Shown here: piece after piece, positions 1 through 12,147 of the stretch
Layout of the letters: each line of letters opens with the position of its first letter
How positions within the stretch are numbered: position 1 is the stretch's first letter
Assembly: GCA_965153285.1 (NCBI GenBank)
Contig: OZ229114.1
Origin: Podarcis tiliguerta
Lineage: Eukaryota
Length of the DNA stretch: 64,000 nt
Reading direction: 5' to 3' (one strand)
Notes under the pieces: model-generated
Databases searched by the model: none
The model's input: the letters and a program-made list of their open reading frames with translations, nothing else
What the model was told of the DNA's origin: nothing
Position numbers and translations under genes: made by a program

Positions 1-699
1 CCTCTCCCTCTTTTTCAAACAGCCTCCCTTGTGGAGGGTTCCCTCAGCCTCCTCTTCTCTCCCCTCTCCTTGGGAGTCCTCCAGGCAGCTCCTGCTGCTG
101 TCCCTGGTCTCTGAGCTGAACACTCCCCCCACCCCACCCCCACACACAAAGAGAGGTGCTGCGCAGCTTGTAGCCAGGGCTGCTGCAACAAACAGCTGTG
201 CAAGCCTTTGGGAGACAGAGACTTGAGAGGGCATCAGAGGAGGGAGGGAAGGAAAGAGGGACAGAGGCCAGTGTTACCCATGGCACCCCTGACCATTATT
301 CAAGGCACCCCAGGGTGAAAAACACACTGGTTGAAAAACACAGCTGTAAGGAAATGTTGAAGAATCATGCACCCTAAAGTTAGGTGCATACTATTGAAAA
401 CAGTTGTCTTGCTACTTATACTAATGCTATATTAATAAATATAAATTCCATAATTTCCACTAGGTGATTCACTCTCCCTTCCTGCAAACCAGAGATGGAA
501 ATTCAAGGTCACCATACCTGATCATTTTTGATACTTACGGAGCACGACTTCCCTTATCAACCCTGCACTTGCTCTCCAAGAACCCAGAAATTGATGGCAG
601 GGATAAGGAAAGTTACTTAGCTACGTCACCCTGTTTTCCCATGTTGTTCAACAGTACAGAGCCCCCAGAACAAAGCCTATTATTAACACGTCCACTTAC

Positions 700-771
700 C
701 AAAGGTTGCTGAGGGTGCATTGCTTGGAGACTAAGCACCTGCTGCTGTCCCTGCTGCTGCTGCTGCTGCAA
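700..771 (-). CDS. MED12L: MED12L coding exon (~ex43), LQQQQQQGQQQVLSLQAMHPQQPL
   Basis: 72 nt, tttttgcag/ acceptor, /GTAAGT donor; within ORF 613..855. Confidence 0.88.
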
Positions 772-1312
772 CTGCAAAAATATGGCCAATGTGACTATAA
801 TACTACCTATGATGCTGTCATAGAAAGACAATAACAAAGTTGCCTTTAAGAACAAAGGGATGTTGCTTTCAATAAGCTGTGTTCATGAACTATGATAAGA
901 TATTTTAAGGTTCCCTTCACCAACTGCATGTTATACTTTGAATTTCTGAAACCTAGTGCAGCTAGACAAACTTTCAAAACCATTTTCTCCCAGCAGATAA
1001 ATATTTAATGCTTCCTTAACTACAGCCCTTGTCCTGTTATTTTAATTCAACTATATACATGTTTTCAAAACACTCACTTTTATAGAAAATTGCTGAAGCT
1101 CTTTGGAAAAGGTCAGCTACACATCTAGCAACAATTTAAACAAAATCCTTGAGAGTAGAGGTGAGACTTGAGCTTTCTTATTATTTTGACCCTTCTTTTC
1201 TATCTAAGAGGCTTATAAAATTAAGAGCAGTAAAACATAAATTTGAGAGAAGAAGACAGGCCCTAAGAAAGCAATGCAGACACACAAATATGAATAGGTG
1301 CGTAGCTAAATA

Positions 1313-1562
1313 CAGTCATACCATGGAAGTCGAACGGAATCTGTTCTGGAAGTCTGTTCAACTTCCAAAACATTTGGAAACAAAAGAGCGGCTTCTGATT
1401 GGCTGTAGGAAGCTCTTGCAGCCAATCAGAAGCCACGGAAGCCCCATCGGATGTTCAGCTTCCAAAAATAGTTCGCAAACCGGAACAGTCACTTCCGGGT
1501 TTGCGGCGTTCAGGAGCCAAAACGTTCGGGAACTAAGCTGTTCAAAAACCAAGATACGACTG
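1313..1562. mobile_element. Tc1/mariner-pogo-type MITE, family A
   Basis: TIRs CAGTCATACC.../...GATACGACTG, TA flanks, internal palindrome. Confidence 0.75.
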
Positions 1563-2117
1563 TAGTCTAGTGCATGGGATTTATATGCATGTGTCGGATT
1601 CAGTCCTTGGCATCTCTACTTAAATAATTTCAGGAAGAACTACTAAGGAAGGCTTCTGTCTGAGACTTTTGGAGGACCACTAGCATTCAGACTACACAAT
1701 TTGAGGCTGGATAGGACTAACGCCGTGGTTACATTCACACATCACAGTGAACCATGGCTTATGGATTACCAGGAATGAGCAGAGCACTCCCATTTTGCTC
1801 CTTCCTTACTCGTGAGCAGGACCAACAAACCTCGGCTTAGTGTTTTGTCTGAACTGGGCATCACAGTTTCCTTCACTTAAGCTACAGGAAGTCAGGAACA
1901 AAATGTGGCTTCAGGCGGTAGTTTGTCTTGAGTGAAACAAACCGTGATTCCCAATTCGGGCGTAACACCAAGGAAAGTGATTTGTGTGTTCACAATAAGC
2001 TCTTAACTAGGGCATACTATGATATGTGAATACATCCAGTATCCTAGTGCTTAAAATTTCATGGAATAGTGCCCCCCGCATAAACACACAGTGACACAAA
2101 GGCGACAATTTTCAAAC

Positions 2118-2274
2118 CTGAAGGAGTCTCTGTTGTCGAATTTGTTGTTGTCTCTGTCTCATCTGTTCCTGAGGCATCTGAACTGAGTTAAGGTTTGGGT
2201 GGGAAGCTGTGGCTGGCATAGCATCGAGTGGCCCTCCAACCAAGGGATTCTGCTGCAAAGGCTGATGACTCAAT
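2118..2274 (-). CDS. MED12L: MED12L coding exon (~ex42), LSHQPLQQNPLVGGPLDAMPATASHPNLNSVQMPQEQMRQRQQQIRQQRLLQ
   Basis: 157 nt, AG/GTTTG, phase 2->0. Confidence 0.9.
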
Positions 2275-2764
2275 CTGAGCAAAAAAGAATTGATCGCACA
2301 TCATTTACAGTTGTGAAAATAAAATGAGAGCCTGCCAGTTTTAATTTTCTAGACTTGCACGTTAAATTGAAACTCCAGCAGGGTATCAGCAGCCAAATGA
2401 AATATGACTGAAGGTTGCTGAAAGTAATAAAGATAGATAAAATGAAGAAAAATGCAAAATAAAGCTTCTCATCTAAGCCAAAATATATAAGCATCTTATT
2501 AACTTTTTGATTTTTATATTCTTATATACTGCAATCTTTACTGATTTTTTAAATGGTTCTAATTATTGAAAAACTATACACTAGAAACAGCCGCAATGTG
2601 AACTTTCAGAAATGGAATGAAATCCAAATAATGTTGTCTTTTATCTAAACTAAAAAGTCAGAAAAGCTGCAGCCTTTCTTCATAGGGGAGCATTTTGGTT
2701 TCCCTTTTCTGAACCTCTTCCAGCTCTATAATATCCCTTTTTTAGGTAAGGATTAGGACTTAGT

Positions 2765-3620
2765 TTAACCTGCTGACACTCACCAAACTGGGAGGGGTAC
2801 CTAACGCAGCACAAGACGGAATCATGATTCAATAGTACCTTAACAAATAGGAGAACTGGGCCAAAACTAGCAACATGAATTCCAATAGGGACAAATGTAA
2901 GGTTCTATATGCAGGCAGGAAGAACCAGCTGCACAAACATAAGTTGGGGTACACCTGACTTGCCCGTAGAGCACGTGAAAAGGATCTGTGGGTCTCAGCA
3001 GACCAGAAGATTAACATGAGTCAACAGTGTGATGCAGCGGCAAAAAAAGTGAATGCTATTCTAGGATGCATCAACAGACGTATAGTGTCTAGAACGAGGG
3101 AAGTCACAGTACTGCTTCATTCTGCATTAGTCAGACCACACCTGGAATACCATGTCCAGTTCTGGGCTCCACAGTTTAAGAAGGATGCTGACAGGTTGGA
3201 ACATGTGCAGAGGTAGGCGACAAGGATTATCATGGGTGTGGAAACCAAGCCTTATGAGGAACAGTTGAAGGAGTTGGGTGTATTTAACCTGGATAAGAGG
3301 AGCCTGAGAGGAGAGCCAAACATCTAAAGGGCTCTCACAAGTCAGAGCAAACTTCTTTTGTCCCGCTCCAGATGGTAGGACTGGAATCAATGGATTCAAG
3401 TTACAGGAAAAGAGATTCCAACTAAACATCAGGAATATCTTTCTGACTGTAAGGTTTGACTGTGGAACAGACTCCTTCAGAAGGTGGTGGACTCTCCTTT
3501 ATTGTAGGTTTTTAAACAGAGGCGGGGTGACCATTTGTCATGGGTGCTTTAATTGAGATTCCTGCTTAGCTAGGGGTTGGGACTAGACCTCAGGGTCCCT
3601 CTACAATTCTATGATTCTAT
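2765..3620 (+). mobile_element. CR1 LINE 3' fragment (degenerate RT C-terminus and tail)
   Basis: ORF MSQQCDAAAKKVNAILGCINR...LVRPHLEY..QFWAPQFKKD is typical CR1 ORF2; ATTCTATGATTCT tail. Confidence 0.92.
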
Positions 3621-4031
3621 ATAGCAGGGGGATTACACAGAATCAGAAGACTACATGAGACTTCATCACAAGGGTGTGCTAGATTCAAAAATTGAAGCTT
3701 TTAATCTCTGGATTATATTGCTGTGTGAAGAATTGCCACATCTCCCCCAAGATGTTGCAAAATGCTTTGATCATATACCTCTGTGGAAATGCAATCACGG
3801 TTGAGCAAATGCAAAGAAACAAAATTGGCACATTAGGGATTTACTTTAAATTTAAATGCTATTATACTTAAATGCAATTATAGGCTTTGCAGGATAGAAT
3901 TTGCCAATGAAGATCTTTTCAAGATTGCGTGTACATTTTGCAGCTGCCTGGATAAATTAATATTTATTGAATATGTGTAGAAGCAATTAGAGAATGGAAC
4001 GATAAGTCAAGGATGTGCAATTCTTGCTTTA

Positions 4032-4372
4032 AAAAGGTAAAGGACCCCTGACAGTTAAGTCCAGTCGCGAACGACTCTGGGGTTGTGGCGCCCATCTCGC
4101 TTTACTGGCCGAGGGAGCCGGCGTTTGTCCACAGACAGTTTTTCCAGGTCATGTGGCTAGCATGACTAAGCTGCTTCTGGCAAACCAGAGCAGCGCATGG
4201 AAACACTGTGTACCTTCCCGCCAGAGCAGTACCTATTTATCTACTTGCACTTTGACGTGCTTTCGAACTGCTAGGTTGGCAGGAGCTGGGACTGAACAAC
4301 AGGAGCTCACCCTGTCGCAGGGATTCGAACCGCTGACCTTCTGATCGGCAAGCCCTAGTCTCAGTGGTTTAG
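4032..4372 (+). mobile_element. Sauria (Squam1) SINE
   Basis: AAGGTAAAGGACCCCTG head, GTACCTATTTATCTACTTGCAC core, GGATTCGAACC. Confidence 0.85.
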
Positions 4373-4676
4373 AAGGCAATGGTTTGATTTGATAAAATAG
4401 GGTTATTGGGTTTGTTTGTTTTTAAAAAAGGAATGCCAAGTTGAAAATGGCAATGACATTGCAAGATCTTACTGTTCCCTATCAATCAGAAGGTTAAAGT
4501 AATTTTTGAAGAAATCTCAGAAAAATAACCGGACAAAACTGTTATTTGCTGCAACTGAGATATAGCAGATTATGATTAACTGTTAACAATACAGACCATC
4601 TTTTCTATAACATGCAGTCATCCCAAATCATGTAGGAGCTACATATACACTAAAGCTCTGGTTGCAGTCTTCCCAT

Positions 4677-4955
4677 CAGTAGCGGCCAGTGACACACCAT
4701 GCCTGTCCCAGCTTCCCAACACAGTGGGACACTGGCGTTCACGGAGAGGTAGAGGGGAGGTGCAAGGCAAAGGAGCTGGGCCGGGTGCAGCACATCACAG
4801 CAAGAGTGGCAGTTTGGCTTCACTACCATGTGCCACACAGGTTCAAGCTCCCTGCACCTCATGTCTCCCTTTGCCCTCTGAGTCAGCCCAGCAATCTGCT
4901 GTGCTGGGCAGCCGAGTAATGTACCCCACCTGTGCCACCTCACCAGCCACTACTG
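4677..4955. mobile_element. Old MITE (possibly hAT-type)
   Basis: Imperfect TIRs CAGTAGCGGCCAGTGA / TCACCAGCCACTACTG. Confidence 0.5.
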
Positions 4956-5751
4956 CTCCTCCTACTGCTGAATTCTTCATGGTAAGAGAGTATATTAGTG
5001 TTTTGAAAAAGGACTCCATAAATGCTTTGATAGAAGTCCATGTATAGGTGAAAATCTGAAAGTGTTTGCAAGCTTTATGTATGTAGACTAAGGTCTAGAA
5101 TTCAGCCACAATGGGAGTCTTGAACTGCGGCAATTAAGATGGCTAATCAACATTGAAATCCATAGAATTTTTCAGTTCTTGAGTAATATCAACATGAAAT
5201 TATATCACTTATCCATCTTGAGATTAATAATCAGAGGAGGAAAAGTCAACCATTATCCCACGATTTCCATCCTTGCAAGAATGCAGGGAATTATGTCATC
5301 ACCACTCACTAGTAATCCATTGGCTTAGTCTTGGCATTTTATACTTTCCTAAGAAACAAGACTACTTTCTTCTTCAACAACAACAAAATGAAACATCTGT
5401 AGCATAAAGAAAGCCAAAAGTGTCCCCACAGCTGGCCCCATAGCCTCAGGGATGCTTTGAAGGAAGCACTGGAAGTTTGCACAAAGACTTTTAATAGCTA
5501 TTACGGTTTTGGAAAAATGCTCTGTCGAGCCCTGCATTTTGAAACATTTTATTACAAAGGTCACTAATATGTATTCTAACTCTCTTTATAGGAACCAAAG
5601 GGTAATTCTAAGGGATAATTCATTTAACCAATTTTATTAGCTGAAGTTCTGACATATAAAAAGAACAACCAATCATCTGCAACATACCCACAAATGCGTT
5701 AGAAACTGCACCAATGGAGGTTTTAGTAAATTTATTCAAATCTACCCTAGC

Positions 5752-5782
<31 letters not shown>

Positions 5783-5783
5783 A

Positions 5784-6022
5784 TTTATTTATACCCTGCC
5801 CATCTGGCTGGGTTTCCCCAGTCACTCTGGGCAGCTCCCAACAGAATATATAAAAAAGAACAACATCAAACATTAAAAGCTTCCATAAACAGGGCTGCCT
5901 TCAGATGTCATCTAAAAGTCAGATAGTTGTTTATTTCCTTGACATCTGATGGTGTTCCAGAGGGCAGGCGCCACTACCGAGAAGGCCCTCTGACTGGTTC
6001 CCTGTAGCTTCACTTCTCACAG
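5784..6022 (-). mobile_element. L2-type LINE 3' end with microsatellite tail
   Basis: TTTATACCCTGCCCATCTGGCTGGG...GAGAAGGCCCT motif next to an (AGT)n tail. Confidence 0.65.
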
Positions 6023-6407
6023 CACAAATTTAAGGCCCAAGTTTAAAGGATTTGTAGGGATTTTCAGTGGGTGGGAATCTTCAAAGGCATTCATCAGAGG
6101 CCTAATCCCACGCAGCATGAGAATGAAAAGGAGCTACACAACGTGTTGCAGATAGTAAAGATCGGCAAGAAGCAGCAAGATCTACTGAAATCTCAGCTGG
6201 GGCTATATACTAATTATTTGGAACCAAACAGGCTCTGGGTGATTTGTCACCCAGCATCAGAGGTTAGGCAAAATCCACAGCTTGTCTGCCCTTACAGATT
6301 GGTCAACTGCGTATACCTTCTTTCAGCATTTCTCAGATCTATTTTCAAAACTCTCTTTCCAAAGGTTATATACATCAAGATATCAAAGGTCCTGATAAGC
6401 ATCTTAC

Positions 6408-6628
6408 CGCTGGTTGCCTGTTAGAGGCTGAGGATAGGCAGCTGCTTGCTGATGAATGTACCCACTCGGCTGTTGTTGTGTCTGCCGTAGCCTTTCCATC
6501 AGAGCAGGGTTCAAATGAGCTGCTTGATAGGCCCTGGAGTTGTAGGTAGGCGAAAGGACGATGCCTCCGGCCTGCTGTGATTGCAATGGCATCTGAGTGC
6601 TATACATTGTGTAGCCATGAGGAATAGT
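6408..6628 (-). CDS. MED12L: MED12L coding exon (~ex41), TIPHGYTMYSTQMPLQSQQAGG...QPLTGNQ
   Basis: 221 nt, ORF 6404..6649, AG/GTAAG, phase 0->2. Confidence 0.93.
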
Positions 6629-7476
6629 CTGCACGAAAAAACAGGGCAAGGCACAAGTTGCTTTGATTTCGATGCTTCTAAAGAAAGCTTGCCATTATTA
6701 CTGTTTATTTATTTTTTAAACAAGCAAGCAAGCAAGCAGCACACCAGGATGACAAGGAATGTATACTGTGCTGTTACTTGAAATAGCAACCAGATACTTA
6801 AAAAAAATAAAAATCCCCATAGTTTAATTATGCTTACTTTGAATTTGCTAGGCTCAAATTGCAGCCATACATGTTTGCAGGTTTCGTATTATTCTACCTT
6901 TTCAACACAGCAAAAGCTGGGCAATATACGATAAATGAAACCTCCAAGCTGCTGCTTTTATGCAGGGCAGTTTCCACACAGAGGATGGACTGGCATGATT
7001 GTGGCAGCACCATTCCAGCTGCTTCACTTCTGCATAAATCACAGCTTTCGTGTAAAAGCATAAATTCACGCAAATAATATCTTCTGGCCACAAGGTCATG
7101 GGGGTAAGGGCACGGGTTTCCCATCTTCTTGCATGCAAAATGCCATCAGTTCTGACTAGCCCATATTTACTAAACTTATGAATGTCAGATTTTAGAATTG
7201 TGAAAGCTTATTTTATTCAGGGTTATAAAGTAAGGTAGAGTCATGAAAGATCCCGGCCGTTTTAAAACCCCTCATAAAACCTGCAGGGTCATATGCAACC
7301 AAGTTCTACTCAAGAGTTGACCCACACTGAAATTAGTAGACCTAGTTTAGTCATGCCCATATATTTCAGTGGGTCTACTCTGAGTACAGCGAGCACTGAA
7401 CACAACTGGATCTCAGTGTAAGGCATAGGCAAGGCCTTAGCACATCCTTTCCCTACACTGACCAATTATTACTTAC

Positions 7477-7566
7477 CTGTGTCTGCTGTATCCCTGGATA
7501 TTGCGGAAGCTGAGAAGCTGGCCGGATTTGTTGAGCAAAAAGAGCAGCCTGGTCGATAGTCGGACC
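7477..7566 (-). CDS. MED12L: MED12L coding exon (~ex40), GPTIDQAALFAQQIRPASQLPQYPGIQQTQ
   Basis: 90 nt, tttgcag/ acceptor, /GTAAGT donor. Confidence 0.92.
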
Positions 7567-7586
7567 CTGCAAAAAAATTAAAATTA

Positions 7587-7591
<5 letters not shown>

Positions 7592-7638
<47 letters not shown>
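7592..7638. repeat. (TA)n microsatellite
   Basis: Direct reading. Confidence 0.95.
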
Positions 7639-7640
<2 letters not shown>

Positions 7641-8442
7641 CTTACTGTAAATTTAAAGATTACATGTTTAGGGACACCATTGTGAACAGTTCAGGCATTC
7701 AAGGCATTTTAAAATACAACCTAAGAACAGAAGTTGGTATGTTTCCAATATTTTTCTTTCTGAAGGCAAGTGATGCTGAGTTATGCATTATGTACATAGC
7801 TGAATTTCTTAACTGCATTTTTTTAAAAAGGATGTCCCTTTGACCTTTTCTTCTTTCAACCCAGTTACTGAGGTGCTTTCATGTTTTCCTCCCAGAACAT
7901 TTCCCTGGAGTGTTTAATCTCAGCAAAACAGCTATTCAGCCTGGTTGAATGACATTGGGCAAGGCTGGGGTGGAGAAGAAGCCTGCAAGTCCTAGCCCTG
8001 CTGAATCTTCCAAGCATCTTCCATCAGGAAGCAGGAAGAAGCAGGGTGTCCTCAGAGGACGAGAGCAGTCCCTACGGAGCTCTGAAAGAATGACACAAGT
8101 GAGATGCAACACAAACAGAAACATCAGCAGCACGGAGAGAACTGGCTGAGGAAACACGCTGCTGACCCTTTGGTCGTTTTTATTTGATTTGATCCTGGGG
8201 ATTTGAAGCTGAGGTGGTGATTTTAGGAAAGTGTGTGAGAGAAAAAACAAAAGATACTGAGAGGGCAAGTCAAAAAGATTCCAAGAACAAATGAGAGCAA
8301 AATTAAGGGAGTCTCACTCCACCTTGAAATCCTGAGTAACAAACCCTAAACAGTTTAGATTAAGAGGAATATCTGGCAAGAAAAACTGCCACCACTGGCA
8401 GGACATTTTGAAAACACACAAGAGACAGTGAGAACAGAGGAG

Positions 8443-8460
8443 CAGTGCCATCTAGTGGCA
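8443..8460 (-). promoter_or_regulatory. CTCF consensus site
   Basis: Minus strand TGCCACTAGATGGCACTG matches the CTCF core CCASYAGRKGGCR. Confidence 0.55.
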
Positions 8461-8543
8461 GGAGGGGAAATAACTTCATGTGAGTTTGGAAATTTTAGTT
8501 CACATCTTCCCTCTATGGATTTGTGGGCCATGTACCATTAGCC

Positions 8544-8794
8544 GCTCCTGCCAACCTAGCAGTTCCAAAGCACGTCAAAGTGCAAGTAAATAAATAGATA
8601 CCGCTCTGGCGGTAAGGTAAACAGCATTTCCATGCGCTGCTCTGGTTCGCCAGAAGCAGCTTAGTCATGCTGGCCACATGACCCGGAAGCTGTACACCGG
8701 CTCCCTCGGCCAGTAAAGCGAGATGAGCGCTGCAACCCCAGAGTCGGTCACGACTGGACCTAATGGTCAGGGGTCCCTTGACCTTTACTTTACC
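8544..8794 (-). mobile_element. Sauria SINE, 3' truncated
   Basis: Reverse complement of the same family. Confidence 0.85.
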
Positions 8795-8849
8795 ATTAGC
8801 TGCAAGAGTTTGGCTTCTTTGCCATGGTATTTTTTTGAACTTACTAACT

Positions 8850-10095
8850 TGGAGCCAGATGATTTGATGTTACCAGAGTGGAATGTCCAAGAACACAGAT
8901 GCAAGCAGGGTGCCCCCCAGGGGGAAGAAAGATCACCTAGTGCAGAACATGAACCCGTGGACACGAGTAGGACTGTCAGGAACCATGCTGAGCCTCTGGA
9001 GCTACAAAACTGATTCCATGCCCTCACCCTGGACACTGATTCTGAGCAAGAAGAGCAACTACAGCGGTTGCAGACCTCAGAACTCTCCAAGGTGGCGGTG
9101 GAAGGCACAGTGTACAGAACGATTCCTGCCACTCTCCAGAGAGGGAAGAGACATGTGGTTGTGGAAAGTGACTTCCTACAGGGAGGAAGTGATCAATAAA
9201 GTTAGCATACAGGGAGCCCTGGGCGGAAGTGGTCATGGCCTCTTGGCTTTCATTATACCCAGGCAAGGGAAAGCTGAGTATACTTGGCCATGCACTCTAG
9301 ACTTGAAGTAGGTTGATTTCGAAAAGCTTAAGGGACTACTGGGTGAAGGAAGACCCATGCTCAGAAATACTCAAAGAAAAAGGGGTTCAAGGTGGATGGG
9401 AATTTATTAATAGGAGAAATATTGAAGGCACAGATGCAGGCAATTCCAACGAGTGAGAAAAGTGGGAGGTATCTAAAGAAACCAGTGTGCCTGCAGATAA
9501 CAAGTGAACTGAGATGTAAGAAAGGTATGTATAAGAAATGGAAGAAAAGGGAAATCATGAAGGAAGAGTATTCACAAGTTGCAGGGGGAAGGTCAGGCGG
9601 GCGAAAGCTCAGAATGAACTCGTGTTTGCGAGAGAAGTTAAAGATAAGTTTTGAAAAAGGTTTCTTTGGCTATGTTCAAACAAGAGGAAGAACAAGCCAG
9701 TAGTAGGTTCCTTGCATGGAGAAGACAGAGAAATGTTATTGGGTAACAGAGAGAAGGCAGAACAGCTCAACACCTGCTTTGCCTTTGCCTAAAAGGAAAG
9801 CAGTGCCCAAACTGGCGATAACACAATAAACAAAAGAATAGACCCGAATCAATGGATTTAAGTTACAAGAAAGGATATTCCAGTTAAACATCAGGAAGGA
9901 ATTTCTGACAGTAAGAGCTGCTGGACAGTGAAACTGACTCCCTTGGAAGGAGGTGGTCTCGCCTTCATTGAATATTTTTAAGCAGAGATTGGCTGGTCAT
10001 CTGCCATTGATGCTTTAGTTAAAATGTTTATACAGCAGGGAATTGGACTACATGGCCCCTGGGGTCCCTTCCTACTCTAAAATTCTAAGATTCTA
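8850..10095 (+). mobile_element. Internally deleted CR1 LINE (ORF1-like remnant, ORF2 remnant, 3' tail)
   Basis: PLELQN.F motif, LGGS.H..L.F, KKGMYKKWK, KGFFGYV; ATTCTAAGATTCT tail. Confidence 0.75.
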
Positions 10096-10438
10096 TAAAA
10101 ATTAATCCACACATTTTATAAACAAAAAAGAAATGTGATGCAATGTCCAGCAGACAAATATTAGGAAAAGGGGATTTAGACATTGATGTATGTGGTCTCA
10201 TAAGCAAACACAAAACCCACAGTCAGGCAAAAGGTATATAAATAAACAAATAAGACTACCTTAGCAAAAAAACAGATTGCAGCAGGGTTTTCAAACATTT
10301 GGAATGAGAGTCCTTTCTAAGGGGCTCTTAATCTACCTTCCAGCATGCGGCAAACTTGCATAGCAGGCAGAGCAGAAACACCTTGCTAATATGTCAGTTT
10401 TTTGGGGGGTGCAGTTGCAGGGAGAATTGCAGGGAATA

Positions 10439-10697
10439 CCGTATTTTTTGCTCTATAAGACTCACTTTTTCCCTCCTAAAAAGTAAGGGGAAATGTGTGT
10501 GCGTCTTATGGAGTGAATGCAAGCTGCGCAGCTATCCCAGAAGCCAGAACAGCAAGAGGGATCGCTACTTTTGCTGCGCAGCGGTCCCTCTTGCTGTTCT
10601 GGGTTCTGGTATTCAGAATATTTTTTTTCTTGTTTTCCTCCTCCCAAAACTAGGTGCATCTTATGGTCTGGTGTGTCTTATAGAGCGAAAAATATGG
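10439..10697. mobile_element. MITE family D
   Basis: TIR CCGTATTTTTTGCTCTATAAGAC/GTCTTATAGAGCGAAAAATATGG, TA flanks; short relative at 51037-51140. Confidence 0.8.
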
Positions 10698-10922
10698 TAT
10701 ATTGCTTGGGGAATGAAATAGGCACCCCAATCCACAGAGTGAAATGTTACAGCTCACACTACCAGCTCAGGATTCTTCCATCCTGTTGCATGTTGTGCAT
10801 GAAGCCTAACTTGGGTTCTGGGTATGGTTTTATGTGCCTGCAATCCTAAATCAAGTAGAGGCTCGACTCGATCAGCGCATTCCTAAAATGTAAGACGAAG
10901 AAAGCAGCTGTTGAGGCCTTGC

Positions 10923-10960
10923 CTGGGCTTGCTGCCTTAGAAGCCGCTGCTGCTGTTGCT

Positions 10961-10992
<32 letters not shown>

Positions 10993-11158
10993 TGAAGTAG
11001 CTTCATCTGGAGCAGTTGCTGCTGCTGCTGCTGTGAAGCAATTGCGTGAATTGATGGTGGCTGCATCATGGTACCAGAACGCCTCTGCAGCATATTAGAC
11101 AGCACTTGTTTTGTGTTGCTTGGGACAAAGGAGTTGGGAGGGTCCAATCTGGAGCCAC
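10923..11158 (-). CDS. MED12L: MED12L coding exon (~ex39), GSRLDPPNSFVPSNTKQVLSNMLQRRSG...Q6 LLQMKLL Q16 RLLRQQAQ
   Basis: Acceptor clear (cag/GTGGC at 11158); ORF 10872..11147. The 3' end is uncertain; best phase-0 donor is CAG/GCAAGG at 10923. Confidence 0.8.
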
Positions 11159-11173
11159 CTGTGAATGCAATGG

Positions 11174-11248
11174 GATAGATGATAGATGATAGATGATAGA
11201 TAGACAGACAGACAGATAGATAGATAGATAGATAGATAGATGGTAGAT
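11174..11248. repeat. (GATA/GACA)n microsatellite next to the exon ~39 acceptor
   Basis: Direct reading. Confidence 0.9.
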
Positions 11249-11424
11249 CAACACACAGAAAGAAAATGCTATAAATAAGTCAGTAATTAAATCGTTATAA
11301 CAAAAAGGAAAAAGACTATGTAAAAATCACATTAAAAATTTCTTTACTCCCTGGCCCCATCTGGTGTTACATGTTTATAATGAATTCAAAAAAATTTTTT
11401 GACTAATGTAGCTGAGTCCATAGT

Positions 11425-11425
11425 T

Positions 11426-11469
<44 letters not shown>
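11425..11469. repeat. (GATA)n microsatellite
   Basis: Direct reading. Confidence 0.95.
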
Positions 11470-11990
11470 TGAGGTGGGGGTTGTTTGCAATCCTAATGAC
11501 AATATAATGCATAATAATATATATTTTTCTTGTGTACTTTGCCAAAGTGCAGAAATACGTAGCCTTTAAAACCTAGGTTTCACTTTGCTTCCCCTTAGAG
11601 TATGTGAAACAAGATTTGTAAACAACAACAACAACAAAAATTACTGTTGTTATCCAAAAGACACACTAGTGGGTAAAATGACTTTTAACTACTAATTCTA
11701 TAGCATCCAAATGCTTAGAGCTCCATCATCCTACCAAGCCATTTAAACCTTGCTTGCAATGGAAGGTGAGCTTTTTAAAAGATCAAAGTAAAAACAAAAC
11801 AAAACTGAAGCTGAGCAGCTTTTAACCATAATTAACAACAGTTAACTGTTGTTTTCTGTTTCTTTCTGCCTTTTGCATAACTATGACTGCCTTCTGAAGA
11901 TAGCAGAATTGGGGGGAAAGAACTAAAAAATAATATTGCTTCTGCGTGATGCAGTAAGCTTCTGGTGCCCGTTACAAAGCAGAGACCTAC

Positions 11991-12147
11991 CTGGTGGAAG
12001 AGGCTGGTTCTGGACGAAGAAAGCAGCTTGCTGGGGCTGCCCCATAACATTATAGCCCCACAAAGCAGACTGGGGGTGGTGCATCATTTGAGATGGAAGT
12101 GGTGAATAGTTGGGAGGGACTCTATATACATTGTTCTGAGGGTAATC
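11991..12147 (-). CDS. MED12L: MED12L coding exon (~ex38), DYPQNNVYRVPPNYSPLPSQMMHHPQSALWGYNVMGQPQQAAFFVQNQPLPP
   Basis: 157 nt, AG/GTAGG, phase 0->1. Confidence 0.93.

Noticed and set aside
1149-1565. 138-aa ORF and the similar ORFs at 18980-19327, 39524-39910, 10356-10849
   Set aside because: They lie in MITEs; no transposase motifs
3016-3216. CR1 reverse-transcriptase ORFs as functional genes
   Set aside because: 5'-truncated, with stops and frameshifts
7936-8268. 110-aa minus-strand ORF with a good acceptor, as a possible extra MED12L exon
   Set aside because: No MED12-family similarity; its phase does not fit the flanking exons; no donor before the stop
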